From NCBI GenBank assembly GCA_020060565.1, contig JAGVAE010000002.1, forward strand, positions 85,036 to 149,035: DNA of 64,000 nt, written 5' to 3'. The position numbers and the translations under genes are program-made. This DNA comes from Candidatus Woesebacteria bacterium. GTDB lineage: Bacteria > Patescibacteriota > Microgenomatia > UBA8517. Below are positions 56,424 through 64,000 of the stretch, piece after piece. Positions within the stretch are counted from its first letter, which is position 1; every line of letters begins with the position of its first letter. Below the pieces are notes generated by a model. That model was not told the origin of the DNA, did not search any database, and saw only the letters and a program-made list of their open reading frames with translations.

Positions 56424-57293
56424 ATGAAGACATTTAAGATTGTACTTATTATTATTGCCTCCGTTGCGGTTCTTTCGGCTACTTCACTACTTTTAATTGG
56501 TTATTTTAATCCCAAACCAGGTGGCCTTTTAGTTGATACAGTTCCTTCATCAAGTGTGTTTATAAATGGTAATTTTGTTGGTAAAACTCCATATAGAGGA
56601 ACAAATACTGTTGGGCAAATCAGTCTTAAATTGGTTCCTGAGGCGTCTGATAGGAATCTTATTGCTTACGAAACTAAGGTGGGTTTGGTTTCAGGAATTG
56701 AAACAGTGGTTAGACGTGAATTTGGAGAGTCGGAGGAGGAGTCCTCGGGAGATGTCATTTCATTTGAAAAAACTGGGGGGGATTCTTCTGGGTTGGTTGT
56801 AGTTTCTTCACCAGATAATGCTCAAGTGTTAATTGATGGATTTGTTCAGGGGTTTACTCCTTATAGTTTGGGATCTACCACCATTGGAAACCATAATATT
56901 ACAGTTAACGCCCCAGGATACATAGATAAAAGTATTGGAGTAAAAACCAGAAAGGGTTATAAACTTACCATTTTTGTAAAACTGGCCAAATCTCAAGAAG
57001 TAGCTCCAAGTCCATCTCCTTCAATATCTTCTCAAACAGAGAGTAAAACATATGTGGTGATTGGGGAAACCCCAACTGGATTTTTAAGAATGAGGACAAA
57101 GCCAGGAACTACGGGTGAGGAAATTGCAGAACTAACGGTGGGTAGCAAGTACTTATTTATTGAAACAGATATCCCATCTGGTTGGTATAAAATTCAATAC
57201 AAAGATCCCGCCCCAGGTCTTCCAAATGGTATAACTGGTTGGGTTTCTAACCAATATGTGCAGATTTCTACGGAAAGTGGGACACTAAATTAG
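56424..57293 (+). CDS. PEGA-domain protein with a C-terminal SH3-like domain.
   Basis: Two PEGA-like segments (VPSSSVFINGNFVGKTPY and SSPDNAQVLIDGFVQGFTPY), an N-terminal TM, and a C-terminal WYKIQYKD…GWV. Confidence 0.55.
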   Translation: MKTFKIVLIIIASVAVLSATSLLLIGYFNPKPGGLLVDTVPSSSVFINGNFVGKTPYRGTNTVGQISLKLVPEASDRNLIAYETKVGLVSGIETVVRREFGESEEESSGDVISFEKTGGDSSGLVVVSSPDNAQVLIDGFVQGFTPYSLGSTTIGNHNITVNAPGYIDKSIGVKTRKGYKLTIFVKLAKSQEVAPSPSPSISSQTESKTYVVIGETPTGFLRMRTKPGTTGEEIAELTVGSKYLFIETDIPSGWYKIQYKDPAPGLPNGITGWVSNQYVQISTESGTLN

Positions 57294-58262
57294 TTAGGTT
57301 GTGGCAACTACTGAAATTCCTGAATAAAGAATAAGATAGACCAGGGTCACCCAAAGGCCAATAGCTATTATCAGAGATTTGTCTGTTAGAAGTAGTCTTT
57401 CTGGAGTTTCACTTCTATTTTCAAATATAAGAGATTCATACCTCATTATTCCGAAAATTGTCACAGGAATTGTAAACATCATCAGTTTATCAATAGTTGT
57501 AGTTCGACTTACTTCAGCCAGAGCCATCCAAAAAGGAAGTGTCGCTTTGGGACTTTCAAAAAAAGTAAAAAGTGCCCAGGACATCCAAGAAGCACTGGCA
57601 AACATAGTAACAAATGAATTTAGAAGCTCCTTTTTATAATCTCCCAAACTCTTTCTAGTTATTGGATTATCTCCTCCAATTACATTAAGTTCTGCTCTAC
57701 GCTTTCCAGAGGCAAGGAAAAGAGCCACTGAAATTACACAAAGCAAAAACCAAACAGAAAGGTGGGCATTAACAACAAATGCCCCTGCATATACACGCAT
57801 TACAAATCCTGTAGCGATAATTACAATATCGACAACGGCGATATTTTTTAATCCAAGACTATATGCAATTTGAAGAATCATATAAACAAGAACTAAAAAG
57901 AAAAATATAACATTAAGATTAATGCTAATTAAGAATGAAACTCCCGCTAAAACCAGACCCTCAATTATGGCCACACGAACAGGAAGGACACCTGAAGCTA
58001 TTGGGCGATACCTTTTTTTAGGATGGAGGCGATCTCTCTCAACATCTTGAATATCGTTTAATATGTAGGCTGCGGATGTAGCAAAACAGAAAGCTATAAA
58101 TGCTTGAAATGACAACACAAAAAGATCTTTTTCAAACATTGTTCCTGAAAGAAAGACTGCAGCAAAAATAGCCAAGTTTTTAATCCAGTGAACTGGTCGT
58201 GCAACCTTAATCATTGCAACAACTATGTTATCTTTTTGTTTTTCGATCGGTGTGTTAACCAT
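57294..58262 (-). CDS. UbiA-family prenyltransferase, decaprenyl-phosphate phosphoribosyltransferase-like.
   Basis: NDIQDVERDRLHPKKRYRPIASG is a UbiA Asp-rich motif. Polytopic. Start placed at MVNTP to limit overlap with the upstream gene. Confidence 0.6.
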   Translation of the reverse strand: MVNTPIEKQKDNIVVAMIKVARPVHWIKNLAIFAAVFLSGTMFEKDLFVLSFQAFIAFCFATSAAYILNDIQDVERDRLHPKKRYRPIASGVLPVRVAIIEGLVLAGVSFLISINLNVIFFFLVLVYMILQIAYSLGLKNIAVVDIVIIATGFVMRVYAGAFVVNAHLSVWFLLCVISVALFLASGKRRAELNVIGGDNPITRKSLGDYKKELLNSFVTMFASASWMSWALFTFFESPKATLPFWMALAEVSRTTTIDKLMMFTIPVTIFGIMRYESLIFENRSETPERLLLTDKSLIIAIGLWVTLVYLILYSGISVVATT

Positions 58263-59293
58263 AATATTAGACCCCCAAGAAATATAGCTATCCCCACTAT
58301 TGTATAAATCTTTGCTCCCGTATTCAAATTCAGAGCAATGATTCCAAGTATGGCAGTTATTCCCCAATAAAAAAGAGCAACCTGTCCCTTTGTAAAACCA
58401 GCATCTAAAAGTCTGTGATGGAGATGGCCCCTGTCTCCCCAAACGGGAGATTTGCCATTTCTGATTCTATTAACTATTACATATCCAGTATCAATTAGTG
58501 GAACACCAAGAACCACAAGAAGTACACCAACTTTAGTGGTTGCAAGAATTGAAAGAACACCCAAAAGATATCCCGCCAAAGTACTTCCTCCATAACCAGG
58601 CATTATTTTTTGGGGGAAGGCGTGCCATGGCAAAAAACCGAGATATGCACCAGCTGTAATTCCTGCTAGAATTATAACCGGCCATTGAGTAATATCAGCA
58701 GAAAACTTAATAGAAAGAAAAGCTATTGTTAGGGCTGCAATAATAGTGACACCACTGAGCTGTCCGTCCACCCCCTTAGCTCCCATATTTAACATGTTCA
58801 TTAAAAATGTTATCCAAAATATACCAAATAGACTGGAAACCAACCAAATAGTATGTGTGCCAAATAGGTTAAAAGTAATTTGTGGCTGACTTAAATCAAG
58901 GGTTCCTCCCAATGGGTTTGTAATAAACGCAATTCCAATTCCAGCAGCAATTGGAGCTGCCGCAGCCAAGGCACCAATACCAAGTCGAAGATATGGATTG
59001 AGATTGTATTTGTCATCCAACACTCCCATGAAAACCAAGATTAAAGCTCCAATCAGAATTCCTATTAAATGTTTATCAATGGGTAAAAAAATAAGGGCGG
59101 AAATAAAGAGTGCCAGAAATATCGGTATTCCACCACCCCTAGGAGTAGGAACAGAATGAATGACTTTTGGGTGCTTTGTCTTTTTGGGGTCATCAATGAT
59201 ACCCAGCCGTCCCGCAAACTTAATTACCAAAGGCGTAACAAGAAAAGACACTACAGTTGCTACCAACCAAGGAAAGAGAAAGATATTTTGCAT
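58223..59293 (-). CDS. Polyprenyl-phosphate N-acetylhexosamine-1-phosphate transferase (MraY/WecA, GT4 family).
   Basis: NMLNMGAKGVDGQLSG matches NxxNxxDGxDGL, with DDKYNLNPY. About 10 TM helices. Confidence 0.6.
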   Translation of the reverse strand: MQNIFLFPWLVATVVSFLVTPLVIKFAGRLGIIDDPKKTKHPKVIHSVPTPRGGGIPIFLALFISALIFLPIDKHLIGILIGALILVFMGVLDDKYNLNPYLRLGIGALAAAAPIAAGIGIAFITNPLGGTLDLSQPQITFNLFGTHTIWLVSSLFGIFWITFLMNMLNMGAKGVDGQLSGVTIIAALTIAFLSIKFSADITQWPVIILAGITAGAYLGFLPWHAFPQKIMPGYGGSTLAGYLLGVLSILATTKVGVLLVVLGVPLIDTGYVIVNRIRNGKSPVWGDRGHLHHRLLDAGFTKGQVALFYWGITAILGIIALNLNTGAKIYTIVGIAIFLGGLILWLTHRSKNKKIT

Positions 59294-59294
59294 A

Positions 59295-59627
59295 TTAGAA
59301 AAAACCAACCAAAAGAACAATCTTAACTACAGTTATAGCAAGAAGAAGGGAAACAAAGCTACTTGATATGATCAATGCCTTTATTAAGAAAGTATCTTTT
59401 ATAAAATTGGAGATAAGAATGTTTGTAGACGTAATAAACAAACCCACCACGGGAGCTGCAATAAGAAAAAGGGAGGGGGTTAACTGTTCCATTCCAGACG
59501 GTAGACCATAGAAAAAAGGAACTACTGGCGGAAGAAATTCTCTTATAATCAAAACAAAGAAAATTAGTAATAGATTTAAAACAACCGAGAAATAGACACT
59601 GCCTTTAAATGGTATGTTTTTCCACAT
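59295..59627 (-). CDS. Small hypothetical membrane protein.
   Basis: 110 aa with three hydrophobic helices. Confidence 0.3.
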   Translation of the reverse strand: MWKNIPFKGSVYFSVVLNLLLIFFVLIIREFLPPVVPFFYGLPSGMEQLTPSLFLIAAPVVGLFITSTNILISNFIKDTFLIKALIISSSFVSLLLAITVVKIVLLVGFF

Positions 59628-59645
59628 CTCAGGCTTAATATTACA

Positions 59646-61133
59646 CTACTTACCTTTAGGAGCCAAATCAATCCTGGAGTATACATCTGCATTTTCAATT
59701 TGAGAGATAAGAAGATATTTAGTTTTGATAAGTGGGTATATATTTGGAAACGGATGTTGTGAAGTTAAAATAATAAATTTGGGAGGATTAACTGTTAGTT
59801 GTTTTGTCACTTCCTCAAAATTTGAAAAATCATTAATATGATAGTCAGCAACGTATTTAATTGGAGGAAGTCTGCGGGATAGAGCATAGACAGTGGCTGA
59901 ATCAGGATCCCACATGAAGACTTTTTCAGAAGGCATACTCGAAGAAACAAGAAAATCTGAAATCTTGTAATTTCTGTTTACCGAACTTGCAAAACCACGA
60001 AAGTATTGAGCTTTATTTATATTTCCTGTAGCGAAATTAATAAAGCGCAAATAATAGCTTCCTGTTTGGTAATAATAGAATTTATAATAAACCGGAACAA
60101 AGAAGCAGATAGTAAGGGGAATAACCACAAGAGATTGTTCGATTGTTTTTTCTGCAAAAAACATTCCCAAGAAGAAAGAAGCAGGAGCTAGTATTTGGAT
60201 ATAATAGTGAGGATAGGGTCTTTCTGAAAGAGTTACTGCAAAAAGACCTAGAAGTGTCCAAACACAAAAAAGAATGAAATTTTTGGATAGCTTCTTTCGG
60301 AATAGATAAAGAACGACGGTTCCAGCAAAAACTACAGCTGCGCGTATTAAAAGTGGAGCATTTCTAACATAGAAAGGTTTTTGTATGTCCCCTGGTCTAA
60401 AACTACTTAAGTAGCCCACATTCTGCATAAAAGCGGCCTTAATATATTCAGGAAGTGCTCCCGCTGCGTAGTACCAGGCAAAGAAAAATAGTATTGGGAT
60501 AATAAAACCAAGTCCCAGAATCAATGTATTTTTAATTACCCCTTTCCAATCCTTAAAATTGGTGGTAATTAGCCAGTAAATTACTATGATAGGAAGGTCA
60601 AATGCCGCAGGGATTTTAAATAATGCCCCAATCCCAAACATCATTCCTGCAAAAAATAACTTTTTGAAACTTAAACTTCCGTTAAGTAGGATATAGAGAG
60701 CAATAAGACTGAATCCGATCATAAATGGCTCTGCATTGACAATGTTTCCTTCAAATAAAGGAATAGTAGTTAGGATGGCGAAGATAAAGGTGGATATCTT
60801 TTGGATTTTGTCATTACTCGCAAAAAGTTTGGCTGCAAGCTTATAAAAGAAAGCAATAGTGAGCATATTCCAAAAAGCCAGGATTGCCTTAAACCAGAAT
60901 AGATTTCCCGCAATAGCAGCTGTTAAATAAAGAAGGGGAGGTTTATTGTCATGAATATCTTTAAATAAAGTCAGTCCCTGTCTAACTCCCTGGCCGAGAG
61001 TTAGATAAATCATTTCGTCTCCGTAGTAGTAGGGCTCAAAGAAAGAAGGGATTCTAAGGATTAAAACCAAAGCCAAAATCCCCACTACCCAGGCGGGAAG
61101 GTGAATTTTGTGAATCCAATGAGTTTTTGGCAT
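59646..61133 (-). CDS. GT-C fold glycosyltransferase (ArnT/PMT-like, family 39/83).
   Basis: The N-terminus RIPSFFEPYYYGDEMIYLTLGQG resembles the first extracytoplasmic loop with DE of PMT/ArnT enzymes. About 11 TM helices. Confidence 0.55.
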   Translation of the reverse strand: MPKTHWIHKIHLPAWVVGILALVLILRIPSFFEPYYYGDEMIYLTLGQGVRQGLTLFKDIHDNKPPLLYLTAAIAGNLFWFKAILAFWNMLTIAFFYKLAAKLFASNDKIQKISTFIFAILTTIPLFEGNIVNAEPFMIGFSLIALYILLNGSLSFKKLFFAGMMFGIGALFKIPAAFDLPIIVIYWLITTNFKDWKGVIKNTLILGLGFIIPILFFFAWYYAAGALPEYIKAAFMQNVGYLSSFRPGDIQKPFYVRNAPLLIRAAVVFAGTVVLYLFRKKLSKNFILFCVWTLLGLFAVTLSERPYPHYYIQILAPASFFLGMFFAEKTIEQSLVVIPLTICFFVPVYYKFYYYQTGSYYLRFINFATGNINKAQYFRGFASSVNRNYKISDFLVSSSMPSEKVFMWDPDSATVYALSRRLPPIKYVADYHINDFSNFEEVTKQLTVNPPKFIILTSQHPFPNIYPLIKTKYLLISQIENADVYSRIDLAPKGK

Positions 61134-61187
61134 CCACTTATATTACCCCTAAAGCCAAACTGTAATCAATGATATATAATTGACAGT

Positions 61188-62135
61188 ATGGAAAAGGTTT
61201 TAGTTACGGGTGGGGCGGGGTTTATTGGAAGCCATTTATGTGAGTATTTACTAAATAAAGGTTATAAAATAGTTTGCTTGGATAACTTGATAACTGGATC
61301 CAAAAGAAACATAGAGCCCTTTTTGGGAAACCCAAATTTCGAGTTTATTGAGGCAGATGTGACAAGTGGCGAATCAGTAAATCAGTTAATCAATAAATCA
61401 GTTAATTATATTTTTCATCTTGCATCTCCCGCATCCCCCGTGGACTTTGAAAAACTTTCAGAAGAAATTTTAACTGTTAATTCTATTGGGGTATTGAAGC
61501 TTTTGGAATTGACAAAAAATACCAAAGCGAAGTTTTTAATGGCTTCGACATCCGAAGTATATGGGGACCCTAAAGAAAATCCTCAAAAAGAAACCTATTG
61601 GGGAAATGTCAATTCATTTGGTCGAAGATCTTGTTATGACGAAGGAAAGCGTTTTGCTGAAGCTGCCTGTTATGTTTATTTAAAAAAATATGACGTGGAT
61701 TTGCGAGTTGTCAGAATTTTTAATACTTACGGACCCAGAATGAGGACAGATGATGGTAGAGCACTCATAACTTTTGTAATGGAAGCTATAAAAAATGAAC
61801 CACTCACTGTTTTTGGGGATGGAACACAAACAAGGTCTTTTTGTTATGTAACAGATTTAGTTGAAGGATTATTTAAAGCTATGTTTACAGATGGGACCAA
61901 AGGGGAGGTCTTTAATATAGGTAATCTTGAAGAATATTCCATGAATGATTTAGCGAAGAAAATAAAGGAAATGACAGCAACACCATCAAAAATTGTTTAC
62001 AAGGATTTGACTTCTGATGACCCCAAACAAAGACGCCCTGATATATCAAAAGCCAAGAATATTTTAGATTGGGAACCGAAAGTGGGGGTAACCGAAGGTC
62101 TTCAAAAAACAATTGAGTATTATCAGAGTATCTGA
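61188..62135 (+). CDS. UDP-glucuronate decarboxylase (UDP-xylose synthase) / NAD-dependent epimerase-dehydratase.
   Basis: VLVTGGAGFIGSHLCEYL Rossmann motif, SEVYGDP, and the YDEGKR catalytic region, as in UXS. Confidence 0.8.
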   Translation: MEKVLVTGGAGFIGSHLCEYLLNKGYKIVCLDNLITGSKRNIEPFLGNPNFEFIEADVTSGESVNQLINKSVNYIFHLASPASPVDFEKLSEEILTVNSIGVLKLLELTKNTKAKFLMASTSEVYGDPKENPQKETYWGNVNSFGRRSCYDEGKRFAEAACYVYLKKYDVDLRVVRIFNTYGPRMRTDDGRALITFVMEAIKNEPLTVFGDGTQTRSFCYVTDLVEGLFKAMFTDGTKGEVFNIGNLEEYSMNDLAKKIKEMTATPSKIVYKDLTSDDPKQRRPDISKAKNILDWEPKVGVTEGLQKTIEYYQSI

Positions 62136-62161
62136 CGCAACAAATCAATTAAAAATTAAAA

Positions 62162-63652
62162 CTACACCTTCTCAGTAACTTTGTACTCTATATATTTTCC
62201 AAGCATTAAACGGGTGTGGGCATCAAGTCCTGGAAGGGCTGAAAATAAAAGCCCTGCAATAGGCATTAGAACAAATTCAAATGGTGCAAAAATTACTCTC
62301 CATATAGAAACTTCTTTGGGACGGGGTGGCTTTTGAATATAGTCAATTATGAGCATAATAACCAAGAATGCAAGAGAAATAGTAAGAACGAAGGATGATA
62401 GTTTTGGAACTGTATAACCTAGGGCGGTTCTGCCAAAAGCGGGATTAATAAGAGTTGGGACAGTAAGCCCTATGGTAATTAAAAACCAATTAACTGGCCA
62501 AAGGAAATGTGCCCAAACGATCTGAATAAGTCTCATTGTTTTATCCCAAAAAGGAATATCTTTTGATAGAAGATAGCTTTTTATTACCCAGGGATCGTCA
62601 CTTACTCCCCATGCCCATCTTTTAATCTGTTCATACTGAGTTTTTAGGGTCTTCCAAAAAGAAGTTGATTGGGCAGCATCAGCCATTAAAGGAAGATAAA
62701 TTGGTTCTACCTCAATTCCACCTCCACTTTTATAGAAAGCCTTGAAAAATATTCCCCAGTCTTCTGGAATTTTATCTGCATCCCAGTAACCAACACTATC
62801 TAAGAGTTTGTATGAAAGGGTGTAGTTTTGTCCGTTGATTAACTTGTCACGGCGGGAGAGCTGCGACATGTTATAAATACTCATTAAGGTATTGGGTACT
62901 CGGGTAATAGCTGGAATTTCCCAGATATTGTTATAAAACATAACAGCAGGTTGCCAAAAAGTCTTATATCTATTTGGATTATCTAAGAATCTAAAGGCGA
63001 GATTGGCAAAATGCTTGGGGTGAAATTTATGATCTGCATCACAAGAAGTGACTGTAACGTAGTTGATATCAATTTTATTTAAATCAATGTAGTTTTCCTT
63101 TATCCAGATTGCAGCAAATCTTTCATTACTGGCTTTGCCTGCAACTTCACCTGGGACCAGTTCATGAACTGTCATATAAAGATGTCCAAAAACACCCTTA
63201 AACTTTTTAAAGAGTTCTTCAAACTTTGCTTCTCTGTCTTGTTTTATCTCTTTTTCCTCCATAGCAAGAACAGGAATGATCTGACCAGTGGGAAAGTCTT
63301 GGATGGCAAGAGAACTAAGAGTTCGCTCAAGAACATGAATAGGTTCTTTATAAGTTGGGATAATTACAACATGACGAACTTTCTGGTAGTCGGGAAAGCC
63401 TTTAACATCAGCCATCCAGTTGTAGATTTTTGCTGCCTGTATTTTTGTATGAGAGATAATTGATGAGACTGCAATTTGAAGTGATTGATAAAACCAGTAA
63501 ATATTAAAAAATAAAATAAAGTAAGCTACAAATACAGGAAAAACAAAAATGCCCCAATAAGGAAGAAGAATTAAATTCCAGGATACAAACCCCGGTAAAA
63601 TCTCCAGTGCCCTAAGAATCCCTTTGTCATGTTTTATAATAAAATCACGCAT
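62162..63652 (-). CDS. Membrane-embedded family-2 glycosyltransferase.
   Basis: VVIIPTYKEP (DxD-region start), TSCDADH, N-terminal and C-terminal TM helices, QxxRW-like KRWAWG. Confidence 0.6.
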   Translation of the reverse strand: MRDFIIKHDKGILRALEILPGFVSWNLILLPYWGIFVFPVFVAYFILFFNIYWFYQSLQIAVSSIISHTKIQAAKIYNWMADVKGFPDYQKVRHVVIIPTYKEPIHVLERTLSSLAIQDFPTGQIIPVLAMEEKEIKQDREAKFEELFKKFKGVFGHLYMTVHELVPGEVAGKASNERFAAIWIKENYIDLNKIDINYVTVTSCDADHKFHPKHFANLAFRFLDNPNRYKTFWQPAVMFYNNIWEIPAITRVPNTLMSIYNMSQLSRRDKLINGQNYTLSYKLLDSVGYWDADKIPEDWGIFFKAFYKSGGGIEVEPIYLPLMADAAQSTSFWKTLKTQYEQIKRWAWGVSDDPWVIKSYLLSKDIPFWDKTMRLIQIVWAHFLWPVNWFLITIGLTVPTLINPAFGRTALGYTVPKLSSFVLTISLAFLVIMLIIDYIQKPPRPKEVSIWRVIFAPFEFVLMPIAGLLFSALPGLDAHTRLMLGKYIEYKVTEKV

Positions 63653-63654
63653 GG

Positions 63655-64000
63655 TTATTTTGTAAGGCGGGGAAAAAGCGGATCAATAGTTTTTATTTTT
63701 GAATTACTGAATTGATCTAACACTTTCTTGGCAGTTTCTGGTAAAAATGGTTGCAGATCATATGCAATTGCTAATATTTTATCAATTACAGAATCTAAAA
63801 TATCAGTTTTTTCTGAAGTGTTTTCCCAGAGTTTTTCTTCAGAAATTATTCCGTCAACAATTCGGATATTAGTCCAAATGTCGTCAAGTGCTTGACCAAA
63901 TTGAAAATTGGTCAGGTTTGTTTCAATTGAGTCTAGACTAAACGTCGAAGGCTTTGGTTGTCCAGGACGGTTTTGTAGTTCAGCTAATTTTCCAACTCTT
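63655..64000 (-). CDS. metG: Methionyl-tRNA synthetase, C-terminal anticodon-binding part; the N-terminus is beyond the window.
   Basis: …LQPFLPETAKKVLDQFSN… resembles the MetRS anticodon-binding helix bundle (PFMPETAEKI). Partial gene, so confidence is moderate. Confidence 0.45.
   Translation of the reverse strand, partial: RVGKLAELQNRPGQPKPSTFSLDSIETNLTNFQFGQALDDIWTNIRIVDGIISEEKLWENTSEKTDILDSVIDKILAIAYDLQPFLPETAKKVLDQFSNSKIKTIDPLFPRLTK

Overview
The window is low-GC and gene-dense, with short intergenic spacers. It looks like a reduced-genome bacterium; the gene content is compatible with a Candidate Phyla Radiation/Patescibacteria-type organism, but that is an inference, not a sequence-based call. 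It contains the chromosomal origin region: dnaN and dnaA on the minus strand with DnaA-box clusters, then rpmH-rnpA-yidD-yidC-jag. Housekeeping genes identified are groES/groEL with a sigma70-like promoter and CIRCE-like operator, smpB plus tmRNA, valS, tsaD plus a tsaC-tsaE fusion, rplY, rnhA and a partial metG. A cluster of four tRNA-Ser isoacceptors plus one tRNA-Arg carries two integrated elements. Element 1 (1..~5362) ends at tRNA-Ser(GGA). Its large serine recombinase overlaps the tRNA 3' end, and it also encodes an Xis-like HTH, a ribbon-helix-helix protein, an XRE regulator and a membrane-anchored KAP-like P-loop NTPase that runs off the window edge. Element 2 (7342..8242) is a ~0.9 kb single-gene island next to tRNA-Ser(TGA), bounded by a perfect 38-bp direct repeat of the tRNA 3' half. 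The central ~17 kb (14148..31568), directly beside dnaN-dnaA-oriC, is the most unusual part. It resembles a Gram-positive/minimal type IV secretion locus. It has a tandem array of eight paralogous small two-TM VirB2/TrbC-like propilin candidates, a large secreted Cys-rich protein, a VirB6/TrbL-like polytopic membrane protein, a PrgI/VirB3-like protein, a VirB4 ATPase split into two overlapping ORFs, and a 913-aa coiled-coil/glycine-zipper/HExxH protein. No coupling protein, relaxase or VirB11 is visible. The 3' part of the window holds cell-envelope genes: an M23 peptidase, PEGA, VanW and SpoIID-like proteins, and a glycan-assembly cluster (UbiA-family, MraY/WecA-like, GT-C, UXS, GT2). No CRISPR arrays and no rRNA genes were seen.
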